Shown here: positions 8,379-18,168 of the stretch, piece after piece | How the letters are laid out: the number at the start of each line of letters is the position of its first letter | How positions within the stretch are numbered: position 1 is the first letter of the stretch | Assembly: GCA_043823745.1 (NCBI GenBank) | Contig: JBDRAN010000016.1 | Span: 1,243-65,242 of the forward strand | Direction of reading: 5' to 3' | DNA: 64,000 nt | From: Candidatus Omnitrophota bacterium | GTDB taxonomy: Bacteria > Omnitrophota > Gorgyraeia > Duberdicusellales > 4484-171 | Notes under the pieces: model-generated | Database searches by the model: none | What the model was told of the DNA's origin: nothing | What the model saw: only the letters and a program-made list of their open reading frames with translations | Made by a program: the position numbers and the translations under genes

Positions 8379-9257
8379 ATGAAGTTCTTTTGGCTGTCAT
8401 TGTTTCTAATTCTTTCCTTATTATTTTTTTCATATCCCTGTTTTGCATTTGACCTGCGTGCGCTCCATGAGGAGGCAGATCGGACTTCATCTGCTGAAGC
8501 TCTTGCCAGGACAGCCCGCAGTAAAAACTCTCCGGATGCCTGGTATGTTTTGGGCCTTACCTATCTTAATGAACATAAGGATGATCTGGCACGTAGTGCA
8601 TTTGGGCGTGTGCACTCGATGAATCCCGCGAGTGTCGCGGGTCGTTGGGGAGAGGCTGAGGTTTTGCGTCGCAAGCATCAACTTAGGGAGAGCGAGAAGA
8701 TTTTGCATGACATTATCGTGCAATCGCCTCAGTTTTCACCAGCCTACATAACCCTTGCCTATATCAAATTCACCAATACCGATTACGCTATCGCAGTATC
8801 GTTGGCGAAGAAGGTCATCGCGCAAGGCAAAGAAAATGTTGATATCAATAATTATACGAGAGCGTATCTTATCGTGGCCGGCAGCCGGGGGATGCTTGCG
8901 CATTACGGAGGGCCGATTGCCAAAGTTACCCAGGGCACTCGCGTATTCAGTATGTTAAAAAAAGCGGAAAGTTTCCAACCTTTCTCAAGCGGAGTTTATT
9001 TTGGTTTGGGTTCATTTTATTTTCTCGCACCCTTTTTTGTCGGGGGTAACATTGATATCGCGGCCGAATATTTTATAAAAGCCATAACCGCTGACCCTTT
9101 ATTTGCCGATTCGTATGCGCGCCTTGCGCAAGTGTATAAACTAAAAAACGATACTGTCCGCTACCACGACCTCATCAAAAAAGCTTTGGATATTGATCCG
9201 GGCAATGAGCTTGCCCTTGATGTACAAAGCGGCCGCTGTAGTTTCATCTGTCCGTAA
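8379..9257 (+). CDS. secreted TPR-repeat protein
   Basis: Signal-peptide-like N-terminus MKFFWLSLFLILSLLFFSYPCFA. TPR-like helical repeats (WYVLGLTYLNEHKDDLARSAFGRV…; AYITLAYIKF…). The ORF-track start at 8247 overlaps the upstream gene, so the internal ATG at 8379 is preferred. Confidence 0.5.
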   Translation: MKFFWLSLFLILSLLFFSYPCFAFDLRALHEEADRTSSAEALARTARSKNSPDAWYVLGLTYLNEHKDDLARSAFGRVHSMNPASVAGRWGEAEVLRRKHQLRESEKILHDIIVQSPQFSPAYITLAYIKFTNTDYAIAVSLAKKVIAQGKENVDINNYTRAYLIVAGSRGMLAHYGGPIAKVTQGTRVFSMLKKAESFQPFSSGVYFGLGSFYFLAPFFVGGNIDIAAEYFIKAITADPLFADSYARLAQVYKLKNDTVRYHDLIKKALDIDPGNELALDVQSGRCSFICP

Positions 9258-10304
9258 TTAAGCCTTCCTTAAGATTATTTCTTCGCTATACGAGATTAGT
9301 TGTTTTCGGTATGGTTCGCGCAGGGGGATGGTTTTGATGGTGCGGCAGGCCTTTTCGACGAATGAGGATATTGTCTGCTCGGCGTACTCAAGGGTTCCCG
9401 CATCGCGTATAATGCGTTGTATTATCAAATGCTCTGCTTGCGTGACGATTTTTGCTTCTAAGATTTTTCGTATGATCGTTTTTGTTTTTGCGCTACTGTG
9501 GCGCCAGGCATGCCAGATAAGAATTGTTTTTTTAGCTTCCTGCAGGTCGGACATCGTTGATTTTCCTATTTTTGTTTCATCTCCAAAAAGGCCTAAAATA
9601 TCATCACGTATCTGAAATGCCCTTCCCCAGAGTATTCCGCAGCGTTCTAATGTATCGAGTGTCCTTCCCGTTGTTCCCGCGAGTATCCCTGCGGTTGTCA
9701 GGGGGCAGACAAAGGTGTAGTGAGCGGTCTTGTAGTCGTATATGTTGGTTACGGTTTTACTCGTTATGTTGTCTATCGCTTCTGCCCCGTAGAGCAACTC
9801 GATAAATTCACCACTTCCCGTAAATACCGCGGCTTCAACTAATTTACGTAACGCTTTTTCCTTGCGTGTGGGGTCCTCATTAATACTGATGAATGCAGCG
9901 ATTGCCATGGCATAGAGGATGTCGCCGATTACTAGACTTAGGTCCTGGCCGTTGAATTTAATATGAGCATACTGCGCTAAGTGATTCCCGAGCTGCGCGT
10001 GCAGCGATGGTTTATCGCGTCTGCGTTCCGCTTTATCAATAATGTCATCGTGGATGAGCATGAAGGTGTGTAATAACTCTATGGCGATAGCGCTGCGATA
10101 AAGCCCCGTTTGCCTGTGGCGTGCTAGGCCTTTGTAGGCAAGGACAAAAAGAGTAGGCCGCAGGCGCTTTCCCGGCCGCAAAACAAATTCTTTGAGGTGC
10201 TTGGCAAGAAGGGGAGAAAGGCGTTTGAGCCGGTAGAGGCGTTCGGCATCGCGCAGGAAACGCGAAAGCTCTTTTTCGATTCTATTTTTTATTTCCAAAA
10301 CCAT
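9258..10304 (-). CDS. polyprenyl diphosphate synthase (trans-isoprenyl diphosphate synthase family)
   Basis: First aspartate-rich motif LIHDDIIDKAERRR and second motif FQIRDDILGLFGDETKIGKS. 348 aa. One of only two minus-strand genes in the window. Confidence 0.8.
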   Translation of the reverse strand: MVLEIKNRIEKELSRFLRDAERLYRLKRLSPLLAKHLKEFVLRPGKRLRPTLFVLAYKGLARHRQTGLYRSAIAIELLHTFMLIHDDIIDKAERRRDKPSLHAQLGNHLAQYAHIKFNGQDLSLVIGDILYAMAIAAFISINEDPTRKEKALRKLVEAAVFTGSGEFIELLYGAEAIDNITSKTVTNIYDYKTAHYTFVCPLTTAGILAGTTGRTLDTLERCGILWGRAFQIRDDILGLFGDETKIGKSTMSDLQEAKKTILIWHAWRHSSAKTKTIIRKILEAKIVTQAEHLIIQRIIRDAGTLEYAEQTISSFVEKACRTIKTIPLREPYRKQLISYSEEIILRKA

Positions 10305-10357
10305 AGTGCTTTATGGTATCATAATCCTAATATTCCGACAAACAAAATATAGGTGTT

Positions 10358-11299
10358 ATGGCTCACCATGAGAATCGCACAACTCCCGGAATTACTGCTT
10401 ATCTGCGCGCCTTGCGCCTCCCTTTTGCCACCGCAAGCATCTTTCCTTTTTTAGCCGGTTCTTTCTTGCCGCATAGTGCTTTTCGCGGTATCAAGTGTAT
10501 GTTGGGCCTGGGTGCGGCTCTTTTTACACATTTGGCAGCTAATCTGATCAATGATTACGCTGATTCAAAATCAGGCGCTGACTGGCAGGACGTCAATTTT
10601 TATAAATTTTTTGGCGGTTCAAAGCTGATACAAGAGGGTGTTTTTTCTGAAAAGTTCTATCTGCGTTTTGCTATAGCCTGCGGTAGTTTTGCAACTCTCT
10701 GCGTGATATTGTTGGCTGTTCTGCTCAGCAATGCTTCAATTGTTATTTTTTATGGCATTATCGTGTTCTTAGGTTTTTCATATTCCCATAAGCCTCTGCA
10801 ATTTTCGTACCGGCGCATGGGAGAGTTTATTATTTTCATTCTTTTTGGCCCGACTCTGGTTATGGGTGGATATTTTATACAGACCGGAAAATTTCCCGCC
10901 ATCGAAAGTTTTTTGGTTTCCCTTCCCTTTGCTTTTTTTACCACGGCAATTTTGTTTTCTAATGAAATACCGGATTACGAGACTGACATAAAGGTAAAAA
11001 AATTTACCTGGGTGAGCATTACCGGAAAATCTTCGGCGTTTATTCTGTACGGCGTGCTGATGGCCGCCGGATTCATCTCTATAGCTAGTAATATCGCGCG
11101 CGGGAATCTGAGCCTGATTTCTTTGTGTTCGTATCTGGCCCTCGTGCCTGCCGTGAAGGCATTCTCCATCTTAAAAGGGCACTACAACGATAAAGTGCAA
11201 TTAATGCGCTCATCACAGTTGACCATTGGAGTGCAAGTCTTAACGAGTATCATCATGATAATCGATATAATAAAGGGACAGGTTCATTTAATTTATTGA
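10358..11299 (+). CDS. UbiA-family aromatic prenyltransferase (MenA/UbiA-like)
   Basis: Polytopic membrane protein with the UbiA Asp-rich motif NLINDYADSKSGAD and a second D-rich region (EIPDYETD). 313 aa. Confidence 0.75.
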   Translation: MAHHENRTTPGITAYLRALRLPFATASIFPFLAGSFLPHSAFRGIKCMLGLGAALFTHLAANLINDYADSKSGADWQDVNFYKFFGGSKLIQEGVFSEKFYLRFAIACGSFATLCVILLAVLLSNASIVIFYGIIVFLGFSYSHKPLQFSYRRMGEFIIFILFGPTLVMGGYFIQTGKFPAIESFLVSLPFAFFTTAILFSNEIPDYETDIKVKKFTWVSITGKSSAFILYGVLMAAGFISIASNIARGNLSLISLCSYLALVPAVKAFSILKGHYNDKVQLMRSSQLTIGVQVLTSIIMIIDIIKGQVHLIY

Positions 11300-11330
11300 C
11301 AGGCTATTCACTGCGTCATACAATGCTGGC

Positions 11331-12026
11331 ATGCCACGAGTAGCCCGGAGCATTCTTTCCGATATACCATATCACATCATTCATAGAGGCAATAACCGTC
11401 AAAAGATATTTTTTTCCGACTCTGATCACCTCTATTTTTTATCATTGATGCACGAAGCTAAGAAGAAGCATCCATGCAAGATATACTCGTATGCCTTAAT
11501 GCCAAATCATGTTCATTTTCTTTTAGAGTCTTTCCAGCAAGTCGAAAATCTTGCCAAATTTGTTAAATTAGTAGCGCAGAAATACGCGCAATATATAAAT
11601 AAAGCTCAGAGAAGAACAGGTACGTTATGGGAGGGCAGGTTCAAGAGTTCGCCCGTATCCCAGGATAGCTATTTATTGGCCTGTACCAGATATATAGAGC
11701 TGAATTCCGTAAGAGCAAATATTATTAACGATCCTGCTGATTATAAATGGAGCAGCTATAGATTCAAAACAGGTGATAGAAACTTTTGTTCATTGCTAGA
11801 TATGGATCCGCTCTATACAGACTTAGGCAGCGATGAAAAGGAGAGGCAGGCTAATTACAAGAAATGGTTCAGTCAGAGCATCCCGGAGGAAGAATGGGAT
11901 CTTATACGTAAAGCAGTGAATAAAGGAGGCGTTTTTGGAAATATTCAATTTAAGGAAAAACTGGAAAGACTGCTTGGGAGAAAGCTCGATATAAGAAAGA
12001 GGGGAAGGCCTGAAAAGAATGATTAA
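11331..12026 (+). CDS. IS200/IS605-type Y1 (HUH) transposase, REP-associated tyrosine transposase (RAYT)-like
   Basis: HUH motif HVHFLLE, catalytic Tyr region GTLWEGRFKSSPVSQDSYLLACTRYIELNSVRANI. 231 aa. No tnpB partner and no obvious terminal hairpins. Confidence 0.7.
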   Translation: MPRVARSILSDIPYHIIHRGNNRQKIFFSDSDHLYFLSLMHEAKKKHPCKIYSYALMPNHVHFLLESFQQVENLAKFVKLVAQKYAQYINKAQRRTGTLWEGRFKSSPVSQDSYLLACTRYIELNSVRANIINDPADYKWSSYRFKTGDRNFCSLLDMDPLYTDLGSDEKERQANYKKWFSQSIPEEEWDLIRKAVNKGGVFGNIQFKEKLERLLGRKLDIRKRGRPEKND

Positions 12027-12112
12027 AATGAACCCGTCGCGGTTTTTCGTCCCGGTTTTTATGATCGTAGAATGCGATAACGTTCATAATCAAAGTAACT
12101 AGGTAAGGGGGT

Positions 12113-12742
12113 ATGATGAAGAAATTACTACATATTATCGCGACCCCGCGTGCTGAAGCGTCAGCAACGCTTAAGATTTCCGGAGAATTTCTTACATGTT
12201 GTGCCGATGAGCGTAGGGATTGGAAAATAGAAACACTGAATCTTTTTGATAAAAAGTTGCCGGCATTGACTGTTCAGCACATAGAGGGGAAATTCCATTT
12301 GTTGGGAGGGGAAGATTTGCCTGATGAGTTAAAGGAAGCTTGGAGGGAGCTCATCGTCTATATTGAACAATTTTCTTTTACGGACGAGTATTTAATCTCC
12401 TGCCCGATGTGGAATTTTAGCATTCCTTATGTTTTGAAGCACTATCTTGATATCATTGTTCAACCGAAATATTTATTTCGCTACACTCCGAACGGCCCCG
12501 AAGGCCTTATGAAGAATAAAAAAATGGTGATAATCACATCCCGCGGCGGCGATTATTCCGGCGAACCGGCCCGGTCATATGACCATCAAATCCCGTACTT
12601 AAAGGCTATTTTCAATTTTGTAGGCATTACCGATATCCGGTTTATCAACGCGCAACCCATGGATGCCATGGGGCCCGATATCCGGAGAGCAAAGATTGAA
12701 ACCGCGTCGTCAGAGGCGAAGACAATAGCTTTGCGATTTTAG
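12113..12742 (+). CDS. FMN-dependent NADH-azoreductase / flavodoxin-like (AzoR/AcpD family)
   Basis: N-terminus MKKLLHIIATPR…S.S and the family motif CPMWNFSIPYVLKHYLD. About 200 aa. Confidence 0.65.
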   Translation: MMKKLLHIIATPRAEASATLKISGEFLTCCADERRDWKIETLNLFDKKLPALTVQHIEGKFHLLGGEDLPDELKEAWRELIVYIEQFSFTDEYLISCPMWNFSIPYVLKHYLDIIVQPKYLFRYTPNGPEGLMKNKKMVIITSRGGDYSGEPARSYDHQIPYLKAIFNFVGITDIRFINAQPMDAMGPDIRRAKIETASSEAKTIALRF

Positions 12743-12753
12743 CGCATCACGCG

Positions 12754-13485
12754 ATGAAAAAGATTTCTCTTAAACTACAATTATCGTTAGCTCTTTTTTT
12801 ATATGCGATAGTTTTGTCTGCGCAGGAACATAGTTTATCCTTTTTAGGAAAATGTATAATAGCGGTTGCCTCGTGCGCGTTTTTTGACTCACTCTATTCT
12901 TTTATTAAATCGAAGAAGTTCCGCATAACCGAAAGTTCCTTAATTACCGGGCTCATTATCGGGTTTGTGTTGGTATCCTCAGCTTCATGGTGGTTTTTTG
13001 TATTGGCGGGATTCTTGGCAATTAATTCAAAGTATTTCATCCGGTTTAAAGAAAAGCACATTTTCAATCCCGCTGCCGCGGGAATCTTTTCAGTTGTGCT
13101 TATCGGTAATCAAGCTACGCAGTGGCACGGGGCATTTGCCAGCTATTTCATTATACCTTTCGGGTTGTATATAGCTTGGCGGATACGAAAAATCTCTATT
13201 GTCTGCGCTTACTTTTTAATGTCTATTTTTTTATCGGCAATGTACGCCTATTGTTCGAAGCGGCCGTTTATCGATCAGATACAATACGCCAACTACTTTT
13301 TTATGTTTGTCATGCTTATCGAACCAAAAACATCGCCCTTTGGTTCCCGGCAAAAGGTGGTATTCGGTTTATTGGTCAGCCTAAGCGCTTTTATTTTATA
13401 TACTGTAAAATTTGCCTATGATGCGGATTTACCCGCGCTCTTAATCGGTAATTTATTATTTGTGTTATTCGGTAGAAAAGGGTAG
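12754..13485 (+). CDS. hypothetical polytopic membrane protein
   Basis: 243 aa, several hydrophobic segments. No recognisable catalytic motif. Confidence 0.4.
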   Translation: MKKISLKLQLSLALFLYAIVLSAQEHSLSFLGKCIIAVASCAFFDSLYSFIKSKKFRITESSLITGLIIGFVLVSSASWWFFVLAGFLAINSKYFIRFKEKHIFNPAAAGIFSVVLIGNQATQWHGAFASYFIIPFGLYIAWRIRKISIVCAYFLMSIFLSAMYAYCSKRPFIDQIQYANYFFMFVMLIEPKTSPFGSRQKVVFGLLVSLSAFILYTVKFAYDADLPALLIGNLLFVLFGRKG

Positions 13486-13500
13486 AAAGGGAGGGCGGGT

Positions 13501-13941
13501 ATGGATAAAAAAATCAGCAGGCGCGAGTTTCTAAAAAAGGGAACGCAGATTGTAGCGGGTGCGGTTGCTCTGAGCGCGTGTGGCGATTTGTTTTCCATGG
13601 ATCTATTCACCAAGAGGAACATTAATGAGGTAGCTGCCGGGGACGATAACTTTGTTGTTTATTTGAGCGTCTTGGAAAAAGACAAGGCAGTAAATTTTAT
13701 GTATAAGGAAAAAAAAGCGATCGTACTTTATAACGGCGGGGACGTAAAAGCTTTCGAAAATATCTGTACGCATAAGGGTGGATTGACTAAATTGGTGAGC
13801 GATAAACTCGTTTGTCAATGGCATGGCGCCCTTTTTGATCCGGTAACAGGTATTGCCCTGAAGGGGCCTGCTCCTAGCGGGTCAAGACTTCCCTCGATAC
13901 CGGTGCGCGTGCGCGATGAAAAAATATATGTGAACGCGTGA
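13501..13941 (+). CDS. Rieske [2Fe-2S] domain protein with Tat signal
   Basis: Twin-arginine motif SRREFLKKG followed by a hydrophobic stretch. Rieske ligand boxes CTHKGG and CQWHGALFD. Confidence 0.7.
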   Translation: MDKKISRREFLKKGTQIVAGAVALSACGDLFSMDLFTKRNINEVAAGDDNFVVYLSVLEKDKAVNFMYKEKKAIVLYNGGDVKAFENICTHKGGLTKLVSDKLVCQWHGALFDPVTGIALKGPAPSGSRLPSIPVRVRDEKIYVNA

Positions 13942-14218
13942 TGAGCCAGCGATAAAAGGGGCGTAGATCGTAAACGTAAGGATGAAAGTTTAGGCGGTAT
14001 GAAGATCGTTTTCGTGCCCGGGAATTTGTTTACTGCATAATGTTGTGGAGTTTTGAGCCCAAAGTTAAGCGATCAGCCTGCCTGGATTCTGTGTCGGCAG
14101 CAGGAATTTTTAGGAAAAATATTTTTTTTGCGGATGAGGCGCGTTCGATTATTCTTCGCGCCTCATAAGAGAAGAGTTTTTTAAAGTAGGTTGGGAAAAG
14201 CGCTATTTACGAAGCCTT

Positions 14219-15745
14219 ATGAATGATGTTCCGGAAAGTAGTATTGTATCGAGCCAGTCCATATCCATTGGGAAGCATTTCTGTGATGATTTACCTACCA
14301 AGTTCCAGCCACACATAGGCAATATTCTCGTAACCGGCGCCTCAGGGTATATCGGCGGAAGGTTAGTGCCTGAGTTATTGGTGCGAGGGTATAAGGTCAG
14401 CGTTATGGTGCGAGGGGCTTCTCCCGAATATCTTACCCTATGGCCCGGCGTCAAAGTAACAGTGGCTGACGCATACGACATAGAGCGTTTAAGAATCGCA
14501 CTTACCGGTATCGATACCGCGTATTATCTCATTCATTCTTTGCGTCTTGGGCCAAAGAAGTTTGCTTCCGCAGACATGCACGCGGCAAAAAATTTTAAGC
14601 AAGCAGCAGAGGAGATGAATACCAAGCGGATTATATATCTCGGAGGCCTTGGTGATATTAGAAGTTCGTTATCATCTCATTTGCGCAGTCGTGCGGAAGT
14701 AGCAGAAATACTCAAAGGAGGGAAGATTCCGGCGACCATTCTTCGCGCTGCGGTAATCGTTGGTTCCGGCAGCGCTTCCTATGAGATCATTCAGGATTTG
14801 GTAAGAAAACTACGAATTATTCTGGTTCCATCTTGGGCAAAGAACAATTGCCAGCCCATAGCTATACGGGATGTTATCAAATATCTCGTTGGAGTACTCG
14901 AAACGCCCCAAACTTCCGGAAAATCATTTGATATCGGAGGAAAAGATATCTTAACATATGAAATAATGCTTGAGGAGTTGGCGAAGATTCTGAGAAAGAA
15001 GATCATCTTTCTGCCGGTCGCTTTTTCAAATATTTCATTTTACGCATATATCGCGAGCCTGGTTACTCGAGTTCCGGCCTCCATAACGGAATGCCTGATG
15101 GAGGGATTAAAAAATGAGGTTATTTGTCATGACGACTCCATTAAAAGCGATATACCTTTTGAAACGTTATCGTACAAAGAGGCAATCGTAAAAGCGATGT
15201 CCCGGGAAGAACAAGACAAAGTCTATACCCGATGGTCTGACGCGTACCCGCCGGCTCACGAATTGGCCATAAAGCTTCACGAACTCAAAAAAAAGCCCGC
15301 GTATACGGCTGGGTACTCGCTTCTTACCGATAAGCCGACTCATGCGCTTTTTAATTCTATTTGTCGGATTGGGGGCAGGGAGGGATGGTTTCACAGTAAT
15401 TGGCTGTGGCGGTTACGAGGTAGTATAGACCGAGTTTTACTTGGCGTAGGGTCGGTCCGCGGGAGAAAGAGTCAAACCAGCGTAAAGATAAATGATGTAA
15501 TAGATTTCTGGCGCATTGAAGATTTAAAGGATAATGAGAGGCTTCTTTTGCGCGCCGAGATGAAAATACCGGGCAGGGCATGGCTTGAGTTTAGGATCGC
15601 GGCAGAGGACAATAAAAAAAGATTAAGCATACAGGCCCATTATGATACCCAAAGTGTTTTTGGCGTAATGTACTGGTATGTATGTTTGCCATTGCATCAT
15701 TTTATTTTTCATAATCTTATTAGGGAGATCGAGAGGCGGAGTTAA
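14219..15745 (+). CDS. NAD(P)-binding (NmrA/SDR-like) protein fused to a DUF2867-type C-terminal domain
   Basis: Rossmann motif ILVTGASGYIGGRLVPELLVRGYKV. The roughly 500-aa length and C-terminal half fit the YbjT-like NAD(P)H-binding plus DUF2867 architecture. Confidence 0.55.
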   Translation: MNDVPESSIVSSQSISIGKHFCDDLPTKFQPHIGNILVTGASGYIGGRLVPELLVRGYKVSVMVRGASPEYLTLWPGVKVTVADAYDIERLRIALTGIDTAYYLIHSLRLGPKKFASADMHAAKNFKQAAEEMNTKRIIYLGGLGDIRSSLSSHLRSRAEVAEILKGGKIPATILRAAVIVGSGSASYEIIQDLVRKLRIILVPSWAKNNCQPIAIRDVIKYLVGVLETPQTSGKSFDIGGKDILTYEIMLEELAKILRKKIIFLPVAFSNISFYAYIASLVTRVPASITECLMEGLKNEVICHDDSIKSDIPFETLSYKEAIVKAMSREEQDKVYTRWSDAYPPAHELAIKLHELKKKPAYTAGYSLLTDKPTHALFNSICRIGGREGWFHSNWLWRLRGSIDRVLLGVGSVRGRKSQTSVKINDVIDFWRIEDLKDNERLLLRAEMKIPGRAWLEFRIAAEDNKKRLSIQAHYDTQSVFGVMYWYVCLPLHHFIFHNLIREIERRS

Positions 15746-15750
15746 GTAAG

Positions 15751-16716
15751 ATGAGAAATAAAATTTTATCACTTTGTTTTATCGGATTCTTTGTATTTTC
15801 TTTTAACGGTTGCGGTCAGCGCGATGGTGCAAAAATGGTTGACTTGAGTAAACGAGAAGAACTCAAAGTCATTTCCCAGGATTCTCCGGTAATAAAAATT
15901 GGGCTTATTCCGGAGCAAGATATCCGCAAGATGGCCGCACGATATGAGCCCCTTGCCGAATACTTGAGCAAAAAAATAAATATGAAGGTAGTCCTGGTAT
16001 ACTTGGACAGTTATAGTGACGTATGCGATAAATTTATTAATAAACAATTAGACGCCGCATTTTTCGGCAGTTTTAGTTATGCGTTGACGCATGCGAAAGC
16101 GCACATTGAGCCCATCGCCCGTCCTGATTATGACGGTACTTCAACATATCGAGGGCTTGTCGTAGTTAAAAAGGTCAGCGCTATAGAAAATCTCGCAGAC
16201 ATGAAAGGTAAACGATTAGTCTTGGTGCATAGGGCAACCTACGCAGGATATTTGTACCCCCTTGTTTACTTTAAGCGTCAAGGGATTGATAACCTTGAGG
16301 AATACTTTTCCAAGGCCATGTTTGTCGGCGGTCACGATAAGGCTCTCTTTGCTCTTTTAAAAGGCGATGCCGATGTTGCTATTATTAAGGACTTAGTATA
16401 TAAGAGGATAGTTAAAGAAAATCCGGATTTAGAAAAACAACTCATTATTTTATCTGTTTCAGCCCCGGTTCCTTCAAATGCTCTCTGCGTGAGCAGGGAT
16501 TTCCCCCCGGACTTAAAAAGTATGATAACCGTGGCTTTATTGGAGTTAGACAAAGATAAAGAGGGTAAGCCTGTTTTGGAAGCACTGGGAGGCGCGACTC
16601 GGTTTATTGCGACTGATGATAGTGAGTATTTTAATCTTTATGAAGCGATAAAAGTATTGGGAGTAGATTTAAGGAGTTACCCCTACTATGATCGTCCGGA
16701 TATGGGATTTAAGTGA
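15751..16716 (+). CDS. PhnD/SsuA-like periplasmic substrate-binding lipoprotein (phosphonate/phosphite-binding family)
   Basis: Lipoprotein signal MRNKILSLCFIGFFVFSFNGC. Type-2 periplasmic binding-fold sequence (KIGLIPEQD…YLDSYSDV…FFGSFSYA). Confidence 0.55.
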   Translation: MRNKILSLCFIGFFVFSFNGCGQRDGAKMVDLSKREELKVISQDSPVIKIGLIPEQDIRKMAARYEPLAEYLSKKINMKVVLVYLDSYSDVCDKFINKQLDAAFFGSFSYALTHAKAHIEPIARPDYDGTSTYRGLVVVKKVSAIENLADMKGKRLVLVHRATYAGYLYPLVYFKRQGIDNLEEYFSKAMFVGGHDKALFALLKGDADVAIIKDLVYKRIVKENPDLEKQLIILSVSAPVPSNALCVSRDFPPDLKSMITVALLELDKDKEGKPVLEALGGATRFIATDDSEYFNLYEAIKVLGVDLRSYPYYDRPDMGFK

Positions 16717-16743
16717 GCGGGGAGGATTGAGGCCAGCGGTATC

Positions 16744-18153
16744 ATGAATAATGTTTCCGGATGCACAGTTAAGCGGTCGTGGAGTTTGCGCAATAAAATA
16801 CTATTGAGCATGACTGCGCTTGTTTTCTTGTTTGGCCTGAGCACAACCTTGATTATCCGGACGATTCTCCTTGGTGTGTTGCGAACGGAATTCCAGCACA
16901 AAGGATTAAGCTCAGCCAGGACCATCGCTGCCAACAGCGTTATGGATATTTTGACTCAGAATACCTCGCGGCTTAAGCTACTGGTGGAAAACGAAAAGAA
17001 ATTGGATCCCGATACCGCCTACGTTTTTATTATCGATGCTTCAGGGCGCATACTCACCCATACGTTTGAGGGGGGGTTTCCGGTAGATCTCATTAATGCA
17101 AATGTTCTTACGAAGAACAAAGATTTTAATATACAGCTCTTAGATACTCAGCGGGGCTTTATTTATGATATCGATGTCCCCATTCTCCTGGATGCAAGCA
17201 TAATCGGCCAGGTGCGTTTGGGAGTTCTTCAAAGTGGTATTCAAAAGACAATTGCGTTGATTGACGTAACTATTGCTATCGTTGCATTGAGCATCATTGT
17301 CGTCAGCATGCTCTTAGCTAATAAGATTTCCGCTCTCATTACCGATCCGATTTCCAGGCTCGTGAAGGCAGTGCAATTAATCAAAAAAGGAGATTTTTCG
17401 ACTCGATTAACGGTTACCAGCAGGGATGAAATAGGGTTCCTGGCAGACGCTTTTAATAGCATGGCGGCTGATCTAAAGCAGCTGATAGGACAGAAGGAAG
17501 AATTTACAAAACTTGAAGAGAGAAAGAAAATCGCTCTAGATTTACACGATAATTGCGCTCAGGATCTTGCCAATTTAATTAAAAGGCTTGAATTCTGTGA
17601 AAGGCTCTTTAAAATAGAACCCATTAAGGCATTTGAAGAATTAGCGATCTTACGAGACAATATTAGGGAGCATCTCGTCAAAACGCGCCAGATTATATAT
17701 GGATTTAAAGGGCAGGGTCACGAAGATTTTATTTTATTGGAAGAAATAAGAGAGTATATAGCGCAGTATGAGCGCTATACTAATATTTACGTTACCTTAA
17801 GCGTTTCAGAATCTATTACTGCGGATATCCTGGCAGACAAATCAAGGAATATTTACTTTATCATCACCGAAGCGCTTACGAATGTTAGAAAGCATGCAAA
17901 TGCTCATAACGTGCAGATACATTTAGACAATACGTCCTTAAATGAATTAAACATAAACATAAAGGATGACGGAAAAGGGTTTAATGTTCGTGAGGTCGAA
18001 TCAACCGCATCGCGCCTGGGAAAATGGGGTTTAATGAGCATGCGCGAGAGGCTGTCATTTCTGAAGGGAAGCATGTCTATAAACTCGACGCCCGGTCAGG
18101 GAACCGAGATTTCTGTCAGGATACCCCTTGGTACATTAGAGTTTGAAATATAA
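16744..18153 (+). CDS. sensor histidine kinase, NarX/LiaS-like (HAMP + HisKA_3 + HATPase_c)
   Basis: TM segments, HAMP-like linker (RLVKAVQLIKKGDFSTRLTVTSRDEIGFLADAFNSMA), H-box LDLHDNCAQDLANL, ATPase G-boxes (DDGKGFN … GQGTEISVRIP). Confidence 0.8.
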   Translation: MNNVSGCTVKRSWSLRNKILLSMTALVFLFGLSTTLIIRTILLGVLRTEFQHKGLSSARTIAANSVMDILTQNTSRLKLLVENEKKLDPDTAYVFIIDASGRILTHTFEGGFPVDLINANVLTKNKDFNIQLLDTQRGFIYDIDVPILLDASIIGQVRLGVLQSGIQKTIALIDVTIAIVALSIIVVSMLLANKISALITDPISRLVKAVQLIKKGDFSTRLTVTSRDEIGFLADAFNSMAADLKQLIGQKEEFTKLEERKKIALDLHDNCAQDLANLIKRLEFCERLFKIEPIKAFEELAILRDNIREHLVKTRQIIYGFKGQGHEDFILLEEIREYIAQYERYTNIYVTLSVSESITADILADKSRNIYFIITEALTNVRKHANAHNVQIHLDNTSLNELNINIKDDGKGFNVREVESTASRLGKWGLMSMRERLSFLKGSMSINSTPGQGTEISVRIPLGTLEFEI

Positions 18154-18168
18154 CAAGAGGGAAGGATT

